From: Trichoplax sp. H2
Taxonomy: Eukaryota
NCBI GenBank assembly: GCA_003344405.1
Contig: NOWV01000003.1
Location: forward strand, 1,054,001 to 1,118,000
Length of the DNA stretch: 64,000 nt
Direction of reading: 5' to 3'
Positions 13,234 to 28,200 of the stretch are shown one piece after another. The position numbers were made by a program, and so were the translations under genes. The stretch's first letter is position 1. Each line of letters starts with the position of its first letter. The notes under the pieces are model-generated. The model did no database searches and was not told the origin of the DNA. It worked only from the letters and a program-made list of their open reading frames with translations.

Positions 13234-16200
13234 TTAACTAACAAATAACATGTTTGTGAAAGCCTTATAATCAAATGCATCGGGAACAATATCTCCGTGA
13301 GCGTTGCGGTAGGGAGGCATGTTATTGACCAAATAATCTGCTTGATCTTTGGTTAACGACTACATTTGATAAGAAAATATAAATTTATGGATTAGAAACC
13401 TACGCATTACTTCTTAAACGAATGTTATTGAAAAGCAAAGATCATATTAGAAATACTGTCGCAATAATAACCTGGTATAATTCCGATCCTATAATGTATG
13501 GTTTATCACCATCGGCTGTTAAGGCTTTGAAAGCATCTTCAACATCTTTCTTTGAGGCAACATTTTCAGTTTCACGGCTAATCATGAACGCCATGTATTC
13601 TTCAAGTGTTACAAATCCATCGCTATAACAAAAATTTATTTCCTTATATGATTTATAATTGCAACAGATCTAAAAACGTCGGCATTAAATACCCATTTGG
13701 ATCAACAGATGCCAAAATAGCTTCAAATTCTGGATCTTTTTCTCCTTCTTCAACAACGGGAAGATCATAACCAAGTGAGCGAAGACATGATTTAAATTCG
13801 GCATGATCCAATTTTCCTGAACGATCTTTATCGAAATGCCTTCATAAAAATGAGTTACGCTTATTAGAAGAGCAGAATAGATATTATTATTAAAACAAAT
13901 TTTTACGTACCTGAATGTCGTACTAAATTCATTTAATTGTTCTTCAGATACACCGGAGCTGTTCCTGTTTACATAATTTCAACATCTTACTACATTTACG
14001 AACTATTAAGGCATGACAAGATTATAGTCTATAGATTGTTTATATACGATATACTGTACCTAGCCTCAATTTGCTGTTCCAAATTATGCTGCATTCTCAT
14101 ACCCAATTGATCGAGTTGGTCCCATTGTTGAGCTAAGCCAACAGTAGTATGTTCGGTGTACCTGTTAAGAAATTTTGAGTTATATATAAGGATCAGCCCT
14201 TTGTCTTATGTTATTAAACGATTGCAGGAAATCTACGTTCTGTACTTGTTATCTAATATCAAGGCTTCCTCCAGTCGAGCTCCTAAATCTTCGATTTTCT
14301 TTAAATCAGTTTTTCGCCTAGTGACTTCAGCAGATATTTTCTGAAATAAATTAGCACAATGTTAGATGATAAGTTGAGAATCACATACAAACGACAATTG
14401 ATGGGCTGCAATACCTTGGTATTTTCTAGTTGATCTTCTAAGCTTCCAGAGCCTTCTACCATATTTGCTCTACTCGAGTAAAAATAAATTGTTGTTTAAC
14501 TGTTAAAAACGTGAAAATATAATTTCCTGAAAACGAAGTCTGATATAGGAATTGTATTACCGTGTCTCTCTTAACCAAGTATGGAATGAATTAGCATATT
14601 TTGCGAATTCTTGTCGCAATTTGTCGTTTTGTAGCTGTCTTTCCTCTTCTTTAGCAAGGTCTCCATCTCTTTCCTACATGGTGTAAGAGATCAATTTCGA
14701 TTCAAAATTCTTAAAGTATATATTGAAACATAAAGACATACAGCAACAATGCTTTGGATATTTTTCCAACTATCTTCAATAGCGTCCATAGTAAACCAGG
14801 TATATCTATTCAAAAGATACGAAGTTAGATCAATAACGTCAGAGTTAAGGTAATGGCTCATTCTGAGATAACATACGGATTGCTAGATCTTGTATATGTT
14901 TCAATCTTCTTAGTTAGATCTCTTAATTGCTGTAAGTTATTTTTTTCAGTTGCCAACGAATCTTTAAATTGTGCATGCTTTCCTCTCAAAGCCTGATAAA
15001 GAGTTTAAATAACTTAGATTCATAAAAGGCTAGTATAATCTATGAATTATTTAAAAATTTAATTACATAAATATACCTGAATTTCTTCAACTGAATTACA
15101 ACGGACAGGATCTGTAAGATCTTCCTCTGCATTTTCGTACCAGCTGTTGAACGCTGAAGCTTTCTTAGCGAAAGTTAAGAATAAATCCTCCAACTGAAGT
15201 CAATGTAGAAGAGTATTTTTCCGTTACATCATTAGGTTATTCATAATAAGTCTAGCAAAGATTTAAGTTAATTTAACATGAAAGATAAATATTACATACT
15301 TCTTTAAATTTGTCTTGGCTTTGCAATAAGCGTCCACGACGATCATCTGACAGATTTTTTAAATTTTCCCATCGATCTGCAACTTTTTTGTGACGGGCAT
15401 GGATGTCATCAGATTTGGCATGTTTCGAATCAATTAGGTCGTCCTTGAGGGATGTAAGATTTGCAATTCCTTCTTGTTCAAAAGCCGCGAGTCCAGAATC
15501 AAAGGTATCCTGGAAGTAATAGAATTACATCATTATTTAACAAATTACTGTTACAATAGCCACTAATTTTATACTCATACAAGCTTAGTAATTAAAGCCT
15601 GAACGGATGATAAATCCTTTCCGTAATCTCCGGATTTTATTTGATTTTCTTTATCATCTAATTTAAAAGTAAATAAAGTATCAAGGAGTTACTTAATAAA
15701 CCATATTGTATTCATTTATTATTTCAATGATAAATACCCAAATTGCAAATATACTACCTATCCAAGATTCAACAACGTCAGCTTTCCACTTAAATTGCAA
15801 GAAATTGTGAGATTCCCTTAAGCCAGCTTTTCGTGTAACCGCAACATTTATTAAGACATGCAGTTTTGACTACCAGTGACAATAAAAAAATTACAAATTA
15901 ATATTCATAGCTTACTCTTGTTACTGTACTTAACTAGGTATTTACAATACTTACATCTAGTGACTGACATCGTGCGGAAATATTATCCGATTGGTAATGA
16001 CCCTATAAGACAAAGTGCATCATTACTATCTGATTTACTTAAATTTAAAATTTCATTTCTTTATCACTTACATCGTTGACTAGTTTTTCGCCATCTCTAA
16101 CGGTCTTCTCTACACGATCACGCCTAATTTCTAGATCAGTCTCAAAAGCTTCATGTTTTTTTAGAAGATTCTATTACAAACAGTAATTGAAACAGTATGT

Positions 16201-19200
16201 TTAATATATTAGCAGCAGATTAAAGTAGCGTGATCACAGAGTTTGATACTAAAAAAACTAAAATGTATCGTCAAGTATCAAATATTAAAGCGATAATTTT
16301 GTACCTGCACCGTTGCCAGGCTATCACCGTAGTCATCGCTATTAACCATAGCGAATTTCTCGTTGATCCAAGATTCCTCTTCTTCGACATCGAACATAAA
16401 TTGCTGATAACCATAGGATTGCTCTAATTTTTCAGTCCTGTTTACGATTTAGAAACAGTCATACGTATGTTATAATTTATTTTAATTGACTTTTTTAAAA
16501 TACATATCTAGAGTTGGCACATAAAAATTAAAATCAGCTTCTTTCACCTTCTTGCAACGGCATCTTTCAATTCCATCCATAGATTGCTGACGCTTTCGGA
16601 ACGATTTTTGATATCAGCTTGTGGATAACTCTCATCGTTTAGTAATTTATCAGCAGTTTCTTGAATGTTCTAATAATGATATCGAAATATTATGGTCTCG
16701 ATGTAAAATAATCAAATTATTATTGAATTCTTACCTTTATGCGATTGTCATGGCCGGATAACTCTGTCTGAAATCTCTGATGGTTTTTACGCAAATTTTG
16801 GACACTTGTAAGATCTTTTCCATAGTCTTCCGAGCCCATGAGTAGCTTCTTTTCACTGTAATAATGTGATGATAAATATACATGGTATAAATGAAATCAT
16901 ACAAGTACGCGCAGTTGTATTACCTTATCCATGTCTCTTCATCTTCGATATCACGATAGAACTGAAATAGTATGTATGACTTTTGTAGCTTGTCGTGGCG
17001 AACTGCGCAAAGACCTTTTACTCTATTTGAAAGATTTACGGGTTTATTTATTTGTTTGACAATAAGATACTCAGGTTACTGCTAGTTACTTGTTAAATTT
17101 ATCAGCGACATCTTTGATCTGTTCCGCGATAGTATCCTTGCCATAATGATCACCAGCAATTAGGTCTTGTCCTTGTTTTTTTAGATCCTCAACACGTTCC
17201 TATTTCAATAAACGTTAAGAGTTAAACGATCGTAGAGGTAATAAGACCATTAGTTACGTTCGTACCGCATGGACTTCAACGTCAGCTAGGAGTACTTGAT
17301 GCTTTTTTAGAATGTTGGAGACGGTTACTAAATCTTTACCGTAATCTTCACCAGTCAGTAAAACTTCGATCTATGCGTAAAATAAATCCATGTTTAAAAT
17401 CAATCTTACATAAAACGGTTTACATCATTGCTCAAATTTGCACCGTAACTATACGCATAAATCATAAGGCACCTTCCATCTGACATAAATTCATTTCGTT
17501 TAAATACTTATCTCTTTGATATAGTAATAGGTGCAAGTATATAGTTTACCTGTACAAACCAAAAGTCTAAGTCCTTCACGGTATTTGTAAATTGTAAAAG
17601 GACGCTAGCTTCCTTCAGTCTTGTGTTTTTTTCCGACATTTGTTCCTTTAATTTCAGCAATTGATCTTCCAAATCCTTAATACGCTTCTTAACATCCTCT
17701 TCGTTACCAGAGCAAGCGTCATTGGCCATAAGATCTGGTAAAAATAAATATTGCTGATTGTCACGTTTACATATACTGCAATCATTACATATTATTCACT
17801 GCCATGTCCGACAGATTTATAACGTATAGGAAAGATGACCAACCATTTCCCATATCAATAACTGCTTTAATACGATCTTCATTTGCAGCTACTTCTGCTT
17901 CCAAAGCTTGTTGCTTCTGCAATTTACTCTGTATAGATTTTAAAACAAATGCTGAAATTTAGTAATTGTTAACTCGGTTAAAATTTTGCACTTTTTGTTA
18001 GCGCAAAATTATTAGCATTATACGATTTCTGACAGGGTTACAGATAATTTACTTGAACGAAAGCTGGATCTTGATAGGAGTCGTCTTGTAGTGATTTCAA
18101 TTTGTCATTTAGCCATCCTTCCATTTCGTCTGCATCGAGATTGAATTGATTTAGGGTTTTTGTTTGTCCAAGTTTAGAGCGATGAGATTCCAACATGTCC
18201 TTTAGTTTATTCCATCTACATGTCAACATTATAGTTTAGACCAAACAAAAGATAGGGATCGCGGAATTATTCCATTTATGAATACCTGTCAAGAATTTCG
18301 TCGCGTTTACTAGCAATAGACTCGGCATCATAATGACCTTCTTCAGTTAGCAGATCAGACATATCCCTTAAGGCATTAATTTTTTCTTCCTGTATACGTT
18401 TAAATTAGCATCGGACATTTAGACAAAAACGAATACTAAATATTTATAAACTTCAGTAGTTACATGGATATAATATTACCTGTAAGGCAAAGGCTTTGTC
18501 AAGATTCTCACGCTTTTTGCTACCTGTGGTATCTTCTTGAGCTGCAATGTCGTATGTAGAGAAAAAATTTTCTTTAACAGACATCCAACTTTCAGCTTGT
18601 TGAGCATCCCTGTGGAACATCTGTATACGCAGGAAAACAAAGAAAATGACTGTTATGCATTGACGCAAAGTACATCTATAAATTCATAATCAATATTTTT
18701 TGTGTCGCTGACCTGTAGGCCAAGACATTGATCAAGCCGCACTTTTCTAAACTCCCAATTGCTGTAATTGAAGAGAAATAAGCAAAATAAATTAATGATA
18801 AAGATTTAAAGAAAAATTAAAAACTTATAGAAGTGCGTACTTTTCTAACTGCTGCATATCCACTTGAATTGAAGATAATTTCTCACTTATATCTTCACTT
18901 GCATAGTGTTCCTTGTCAATTAAACTTTGACCAAAATTTTTTAAATTTTGCAAACTTTCGTCACGAGAATCAATCTCGGTTCGATGTTCCTGAACAAATG
19001 GTAGCATAAAATTAGTTTTTCGATTTCATGAGAACTGGTTCGCATAGCTACGACATTTGTGAAGGTTTAGAATGTAACACCAAGTGTGCCTAATTATGCC
19101 TCTAGTTAATTGTATTGTGAGTACCAGGTGCACTTCAAGAAGGGTTTCAGCTCCAGGAACATCATGAGCTAATTCATTGGATGAAACCAATGAATTCATA

Positions 19201-22200
19201 CCATTAATCCAAGAAGATATATCCCTAATTATCAAATCATAAAACTATAGTTAATATAAAACTACTATATGGGAGAAAATTAATAATCACTAGAACCTGT
19301 GATCATTTAAAAATTGTTGATAGTCCTGAGAGTCGGTTAGTTTGGCTTTTCGTGATGCTGCCTAAATACATACAGTAAAGTAGATATTTTAGTTTTCTTA
19401 TTGTCACTAGACCGCCTTAAATTATGTAGGTTTACCTGTTTCACGAGGTTATCCCAAGCTTCAGCGATTTCAGATTGCTTAGCGCAAATTCTTTCCGCAG
19501 AATCTGGGTGGATTTCCGCTAATTTTGTAGCTTCAACATCAAGTCCTTGAATCTAATTTATTAGTTTTCAGCAAGGTTTGTAAGTCAGAGTAGTTTAAGA
19601 TAAAATTAAAGTAAGTTGCGGGGCATAGCGAACCTTATCTTCTAAGACCGCAATATCTCGTTCAATTCCATCATGCTTGCGCATCAGTGCTTGAACGCTA
19701 GCTAGATCTCGTCCGACTTCATCAGAGGACATTACGGCAACTTTCTCACTTATATAGGACGTCGTCTCATCAGCATCCCTTGGAAGAAATTTTAAAGATT
19801 TGAGAATTATTATCATCACCACAAGGACTCTGAGTTAGGGCTTTAAGTCAGCTATAATACTACCTAAAGAACTTGTGAATATCGTGAGAACCACTCAAGT
19901 CAGCTCTGCGTTTTTCCGTCAATTTTTTGAGATTGTCCCAATTTTCTAACAAATTCTAAATACCCACAGAGAATAAATTATTAATCAATAGATGACATTT
20001 TATGGCAGTCATAGTGAGTCAAACTAACCAATGTTTGTTGCCGAATTGCTTCAGCATCAGAATGACCTTCGTTCTGTAATTTTTGCGAAACTTCATTAAC
20101 TTCATTGACACGTGTTTCATTTGCCTCAAGATCCTAATAAGGAAACAGCAGATATTCCAGTATGATTAAAGAACCCAAATAATTTTAGATATGGTACATA
20201 GGTTTGAGATTTGAAAAGGTACTATTCTTACTTTAAGAAAATCGTCGAACTTTTGTTTTAAAGCTTCAACATGATCTAGATCATTTCCTAATTCAGCTGA
20301 AGTATTGGCAGCTTTCTGTTTGTACGTTTGGTTAATGTTATACATACTTTGATCAACATATCATGTATGATAAAATAGTATATTTTAAGTGTTGTGATAT
20401 TTACTTTCTCTTCGATCCATGTTTCAAGTTCGCTCATTTCACGGCTTAGTCCATGGCGTTTATAAGAGTCTACTAACTTCTGTCGTCTTTCTCTTGCTTT
20501 CTTGAGCAGTGCATTATACCTTTTGTTAATGAAATAAAATTAGATATATTTAAAGAAGGGTGATTTAGGCGATAGTAATCATTACAACCTTAATCTACTG
20601 CACTATTGCACACCCTACCTATCATCTAGAGCTTGTTGGCGACTTGCAACATTTTCTAACTCAACTGGACCCATCATAGACATGCGAGAGACCGATAATC
20701 TCGATACCGATCTTGGCCGTACCGTTGGACTTAGCGATGAAACAGGACTTAGAGGCGTTTCACTCGAATTGTCGGATACCTGCATCAAGATGGAAGCGGG
20801 AACAAAACCGACCTTGTCATCTTTAACAACCTTCCACCATTTCTAGAAGTATTAAAAATGATAACCAAAAAGTGAATAACTTAAGAGATCATATATACTA
20901 TAATTGCATTATATGGGACTAACGGGATTGGCAGCATGCACAACGGATACTACGTCGTCTTTTTGTAACGATAGTTCATGTGAACTATCTGGGTCGAAGT
21001 CTTCTAAAGCTTTCATTTCCGTACCAGGAGGGACTTCCGACGCAGATGGTTTAATATCCTAAAGCGATCATATAAGGGTAATTTAGGAGGAATTACTGAC
21101 AAGTATAGCAAACTGTATATAAACAAAATTCATTTAAAACTGTCCAACAACACTTCTTCATCGACTATTCAAGATTAAAAGGATAGATAACCTTGCATTT
21201 ACTGCTTGCAGTTCTTAAGTTGTCTATCGTTTCCCCGTACGCTTCAATTTCCGATAATACCGCGTCGTGTTTTCTTAATAGTGACTATTTAAGAAGATTT
21301 ACCTTAAGCATCGGCGCAACTAAAGCAAATTATCATAGTGAAGTCTAACCTGAGCACTATCTTCGTCTTTGCCGTAATCAGTACTTGATGTTAGTTGATC
21401 TTTATCTTTAATCCATTGTTCTGCCTCGCTACTATCAGCAAAGTACTGGTGAGTTCGCAACGAGTCATCCAATTCACTTTTTCTTCCAATACATTTGTCC
21501 TTTTAAAATTTATTCAGAATTTTAATAACAAATAAATTTTATCCTTCTATAATTTTTATTTTAGGTGTTATGTTAACCTTAAGCAAATTCCATGCGTCTT
21601 TCAGTTTATTTATTCCGTCATTTATATCGTTCGTTGCATAATGTTCTGGTTAAAAGTAAAAAATTTATTTTTAATATGCGTAAACTAAATATTGCACGAT
21701 TAGTTAAGTTAACTACTTTAATAGAAATTTTAATATCGTCTGTCCCCTTATAAAAAGCATATCGTCTATAGGAATTTTAGAAAATGCTAAGAGATAATAT
21801 ATACATTTATGTTACTTTACGATCATTTCAGAATTCAATTTCTTACCATCATCAATAAGCTTTTGTCCATCTGCACATACAGCATCTATTTTTGTTTCGT
21901 GGTTATCAATCTCGGTCTAAGTAAATATTGAGATACTTTAATGGCGATAACTAGTTCATTAATTCACATTGACATCATTTGTGGTACGTACTTGCATTGC
22001 TTGATGCTTCTTTATTAAACTCTGTACCGTTAGGAGATCTCGGCCATGGCTACCTGAAGAAGCAATAGCCTCTTTTTCTCGAATCCAGGTTTCTTCATCT
22101 TCTACGTCTCTCAAAAATTGAAACAGCAGTAGAGAATCATTAAGTTTTGCTTTTCGTTCTGAGACTGGATCCTGTAAGTTCATACAAAATTTAAAGTTAG

Positions 22201-25200
22201 AGTTCATATCATATAATTGTGCATGAAATTACGAGAGTCAGGGGTGAAAGAGAAATATATATTATAATACCTCAAGTCCTGAAAATCTCAAGGCAACTTG
22301 TTGTTGCTTATCTTTAATACTATCAGCATGGAAATGTTCTTCGGAGATGAAAGCATCTGCTTGTTCTGTAATTGCTTTCAAGGCTTCAGTATGAGCTGCT
22401 ATATCGGCCTCTAATAGGGTATGTTTCTTTATCAAATTTTGTACGCTGACCAGATCCTATATTATTATTAAATACAATAGATAAATTATAACACATTCTG
22501 ATAAGATTATGATATTATCATATTATTTACTCTGCCAATGTCTTCAGAATATAATTGTAACTCCACTTCTGCTATCCAACGTTCCATATCATCAACTTCT
22601 CTATTGAATAGTAATTCTCGATGGGCGTCTCTTAATTTTGAGCCTTTATCCGATGATAAGCGAACAAGTTTATCCCATAATCCATTGATTTCATCTAGTT
22701 TGTCTTCAATTTTATCAGTTTTTGGGTGTTCAGCTTCGATTAAAGCTTTTCCGGAATTATTAACATTGTCTATTCGTGTTCTATTTGCAGAAACTTCTGC
22801 TTCAAAGGCTTGATGTTTACGAAGTTTGCCTTGCATGTTGGATAAGTCCTAGTAATCCATTAAGCATATTTAAAAGTTTGCACTTTATTATGTTATTTCC
22901 CAGGATTGGGAAAGTTTTTATCATATCCTAACTGTAATGTTTCGTTACCTTATAAGAGTCATCACTAACTGTAGTAATCTGCTCATTTATCCACTGAATT
23001 GTTTCTTCTGCTACGTTAACAAAGTTATAATACTGATGAGCATCATCCAAAAAATGCCGTCTTCTTTCCGCTTTAAGAACAGTGTCTTGAATATGTTTTT
23101 CAAGCTACAGCAGTAGAATTTATATAAATTTCTAAGTCGTGATAAATACATATATATATATAGAGATATGTATGCGTATATGTATATATCAATATTAATA
23201 AATCACAGTATATACGAAATAAAATCAATGAATTATATATTGTACACTACACATTAGCGTAATAAGATCAAGGGCTCTTTTAAGTCATTAACCTTGTTTT
23301 TCCGGTTTACGATATCTTCTGTTGCGTAATGATTTTCGTCTACTAACTTATCAGCGCTCTCATAAAGGGTTTTAGCTTTCTCTTGCTGAGTTGTAAAAGT
23401 TGTTTCAAAATTTTCATGTTTTTTAATCAAAGCTTGTGCCGAATCTAAACTCTCGATAGGCATATCTGTTGCTAGTAACGGCTATATTAAGACAAGATTG
23501 TATAATACAAAGAAATTAAGATATATTAAAACTGTAATCGAACATCGGTCACGTAAAATTATAGTAATCACATTCACCTTAATAATGTAGAATGAGTAAG
23601 TTACATTTATGATTTACCTCTCGTTTATCCATCCAACTATCAACTTGGTTAACGCCACGAACATATTCTTGATATGAAGCCATTATTTCGATCACTCCGT
23701 TTCTTTCTTCCCAATCTTCGAGAAGTTCTTCTCGTAAATTCTTTAATAAATCCATCTAGTAACAGTGACAGTAATATACATATATGTATTGAAATAAAGG
23801 CACCGTAATAACTTACAGTAAGAAAAACTTCATTACTAACTTTGTTTTTGATACTGTCTGATGATTGATGATCTGATACAAGTAACTGGTCGCATTCTTC
23901 AAGTAATTCATCTAGGTTTTCATTTCTAGCTCGAATTTCATGCTGAAAAATGCCGCGCGGATAAGTTAGCTTTATAGTAGTTACTTCTAATTTCTGCTAA
24001 GTGAAAGAACTGTAGTTAAAACGTCATAATATTACCTTTAATTCTTCGTGCTGAGCTTCTAAAACATCAGCACTGATATTTTCTTTAGTGATATCTTCTG
24101 CTAGATCGCTTTTCTTTGTGTTCGCCCACATTTCATAGTCTTTGCATCTCGATTGAAGTGACAGCCAGTTTAAACCACTATTTAGCTTAAGTCTCTTCAT
24201 ATTAACCTAAAGTAGATAATTTAAATATTTACGAACGAAAGAGCGTGACGTTTGTAATCCTGTAATTAGGGCACAACAATGGTGTGCTAAATTACCTCAT
24301 CTTTCAAGCTATTCCATTTCTCATCAAGACTATCAGAACCGGCTCGTATTTCATCTTCATCGTCAGGGAATTTATCACAAAGTTCATTTGCTTGAGCTTG
24401 GAGTTGGTTAACCTAAATAAGAATGTATCCGATACAAGATGATGGTAAGCCATTCAATACATGCATAAGTTTACTATACGATTAAACAGTTTAACAGTCA
24501 TCAGAATACTTATCGTAAATCAACAAAGTTGCTTATCTATACAACCTTTTCTTCAATGGCTGCAACTTCATTGCCTATTCTATCATGCTTTCGCTTAATC
24601 GCTGCAGCATTTTCTTCATTAGATGGATCATCATCATCTTTTACTGATGCAAGACGTTCATCGATCCACTGTTTGGCATCTTCGACAGCACTAAAATCAA
24701 GAATAAGAATTTTGTATATAATTTCTTCCTCCAGTAAGTATAATTAAGTCTAGATTGCCCTTACTTTTTATATCTATTCTTCTCTACAGATGCCAACAAC
24801 TTATCATGGCGAATTTGGATAGTAATAAGTAGTTTCTCCCAAGCAACGATTACAGTCTGTAGCAGCAACGATATACTTTTAATCACATGTAGTTAAGCTA
24901 ACCTTGAAATGCTTCGTCAGCTTCCAATAGTTGAAAAGTTAATATACACGAAATAACATCAGTAAATAAGCGATACCTCAATTCTCTCCGTGACAGTTTC
25001 TTTACCGGGATGATCCTCATCAATAAGCGGCTGAGCGACCTCCTTCACGTGCTCAACGCGAAGCTCTCCAGTTTTTACTTCCTGCGATTATTATTACGTA
25101 GGAAGATAATTTAAAAAGTGTGGAAAGATTAAGCTATTATTATGGCTATATATCTTTAACCGGAAATAAAGTTCTTACGTACAATTTGTACTTCTTCGAA

Positions 25201-28200
25201 CTTTTTAAATAAAAATTCAGCATGTTCCAAATCTCTTCCGTAATCATCGGAGCTAGCAACCGCTTCCTAATTTAGGCAATAATTAGAAATTATATCAGGT
25301 AAGGACTATCAGTTAAGTTGATAAATTGTCAATTTAAAAAAATTTGCAGCCTATTCCAAAGGAATGGGAACATTCTTTACCAAAATCGAGGACAACATTA
25401 TCTACAGTTACTGTTATGTGTTGTTAATTTCCTACTAATAATTTAATTACTTTTTCAGCAATCCATGCCAATAACTCATCGACTTCTCGCGTAAAGGCTG
25501 ATAACTTTTGAGTTTCTCTCAATTTTGCTCCTTTGCTCGATAATTTATCATCTAATTCCTCCCAATGATTTAGCAATTGCTTAAGGAGTTCCTACAAATA
25601 TTCAAGCATTTCTCCAATGAAATTTGCAAATACTCAGGCTATCGTATTTCTATTCTATTACGTCAGTTGTAAGATTAGTAATACCAGGATATTAGTTTAG
25701 TATAGTGACATTACAATCTATAATAAGACGCTTAATTTATGGACACCTGGTATTATGACGCATTTTTGAAATAAAGCTCAAACCTGGATTTGTTCGAAGA
25801 ATAGGTGCTCGTTATCGATCATATCACTTCCTTCTTTGACCAGCTCATCTAAAACGTCCTTTTGCTTGGCTATAACCCCTTGAAAGTCTTCATGACGCTT
25901 AACCTTTATCTGGTAAGATAATTAAATGAAATGAAAAAAAATAAGGCAAATGTAATTCAATTAAATTTAACAGCTAGATTAGAACAGATCATAAATACTG
26001 CTAATATTTGAAAGTTTACTACAAGTATGTAGTTCAAATTCGTGTAAGTTTAATAATCTATACTATAGTATACAGCAATGACAATGAAGGAGATATAGTG
26101 ATAAATATAAAGTCATAGCTACATTATTTATGGTTTTATAAAAGGCGGTAGCTAAAGTAATACGTAGTTCTCTGATTTTTGTTCATAGGGTTTATATCTG
26201 AATTTTTTAGTAGAGACTTGCTAATTTTGTACTGTCTGTTATTTAAATATTACTATACAGTAACGAATAATGAATGAAATTATAAAATCACAACGCACTA
26301 CTATAGTAGAGAATTAAATAGACAATACTGCTTAAATGTCTGTTAGCTAAGAAATACGGTAAGTACTGCAGGCCTATAGTGAGATCGAATTTTCACAGAT
26401 TTGGGCATTTATTTGTAACTATTAATAAATATTCAATCTGTTTATTCATATTGTTAATTTTGTATAGATTCCAGTAGAAATAGTAATATGTACAGTATAA
26501 CAGTACCATTGGGTACTGTATTTGTCTCCGATGCATGAAAAAACGATTATAATTCATAAAGTTTTTAATTTGCACCATAGTGTAATGGCTATACGTATTA
26601 TCATAGGTTCTAGTTGTGGCTTCGATTACATTCGTAACATTGGTGTAGGGTAAATAAGGAAATATTATTACCGAATGTCTACGACTCTACGCGTATGTGT
26701 CAATTCAAATCGGCTGACAAACTGTAACAGTACATAAGGTGATGAGAATTTTTTCTTTTGTAGACCCTGTCTCAACTGCTGAACCCAACCCAGAATAGGG
26801 CCAGCCCAGCGTGTGTAGTGCAGTATAGTAATTTATTCGTTTTTATTAGCTATTTAACAGTTTAGTCATACAAAGCATGAATAGATCTTATTTTCGATTA
26901 GCCAAAAATGATTCCGAATCGCAGCAGGGATGTGCCCTTGTGATTGTACAGTACTGTACACAATACCGTACTGTATATACGTATTATTGTCATTGAGGTT
27001 TTGTCTGAACTTTATGATTTCTAGACAGTACTGTTTAACGGTTTTTGGTACCGTACGCACTATGCTCCAGCTTTTCGAAACGTGTTCTATACTGTACGCA
27101 TTCAAAAGTGTAAAGTACTATGGTTAGCCTTGGTACGTATATTGGGGACGCATAGAACCTTGGCTCCTTTTTATTTCCAATATCTGCCTATAATTAATGA
27201 AGTGTAGTACTATGGTTACGCTTGGTACATATATATTGTGGACTCATAGAACCTTGATTCCTTTTTATTTCCAATATCTGCGCTATAATTAATGAAGTGT
27301 TGAACTATACGGTATACCGTGTGATAACATAATCGCACGTCCCCCTTCGTTAATTAACCGCTTGCTGCGATTAACAGTAAGCTAGACACATCCATTGATT
27401 CAACTTAAATCATCGACTGATATATAAATTAGTGCTCAGCTTGCAGACAGAAACTAATTGTTAGCTAACAAACAACATGTTTCAAGATACAGCGTACTCC
27501 AACGCTGTATTTATGACTGTACTACCATAGTACGCTCATATTATAAATTGATCAATAAATGGTATCACCTAGCTTAGCTTTGAGTACGTACTGTATATGA
27601 TGCCAGCTGTTTTGTAAAACAAGCGCTAAATTAACGCGATTGATATCTTCTACATAGGTATTCTAATTTACATCCCCGGTGGTCTGATACAGTAATAAGG
27701 TCAGACTATAAGATAGTTCAGAAAATATCGCATTACTAATTGAAGAATTAGACGAGTTTTCTCTGGTTAACCTCACCCAATCCAAAACTACAGACAGAAT
27801 GTACACTGTACAGTATACAAATACAGTCTACATGAAGGAGATGGAACATTAAATTTTCTAAATAGTACAGTATATGGGTAAAAAGCGATTACGATTGTAC
27901 TGTATTCAGTACTATATATGCTGGAGGACTAATTAGTTATCGCGTAGAAAGAACTTTTCAATTATCCTTAAATTAGCTGATAATGCTCTATGCTATCGAG
28001 ATACTTATACTAGCGTCACGTAAGAAGATATACAAGGAGAATATTCATGAAATCGAAATAACTTGTAGAATATCGTGCCAGAGAGTGATCAGTTTAAGTA
28101 CGGTAATTCAATACTATTTTTTTTAAAGTAGGATTATCCGCCAGAGTCTAGACATTCGTAATAGACTTGTTGTACCGCATAGTATCTTGTACTGTATATC

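Noticed and set aside
22538..22813. Plus-strand ORFs antisense to spectrin exons (also 13422-13628, 24529-24747, and 54819-55082 opposite SCYL1)
   Set aside because: Shadow ORFs of real minus-strand coding exons.
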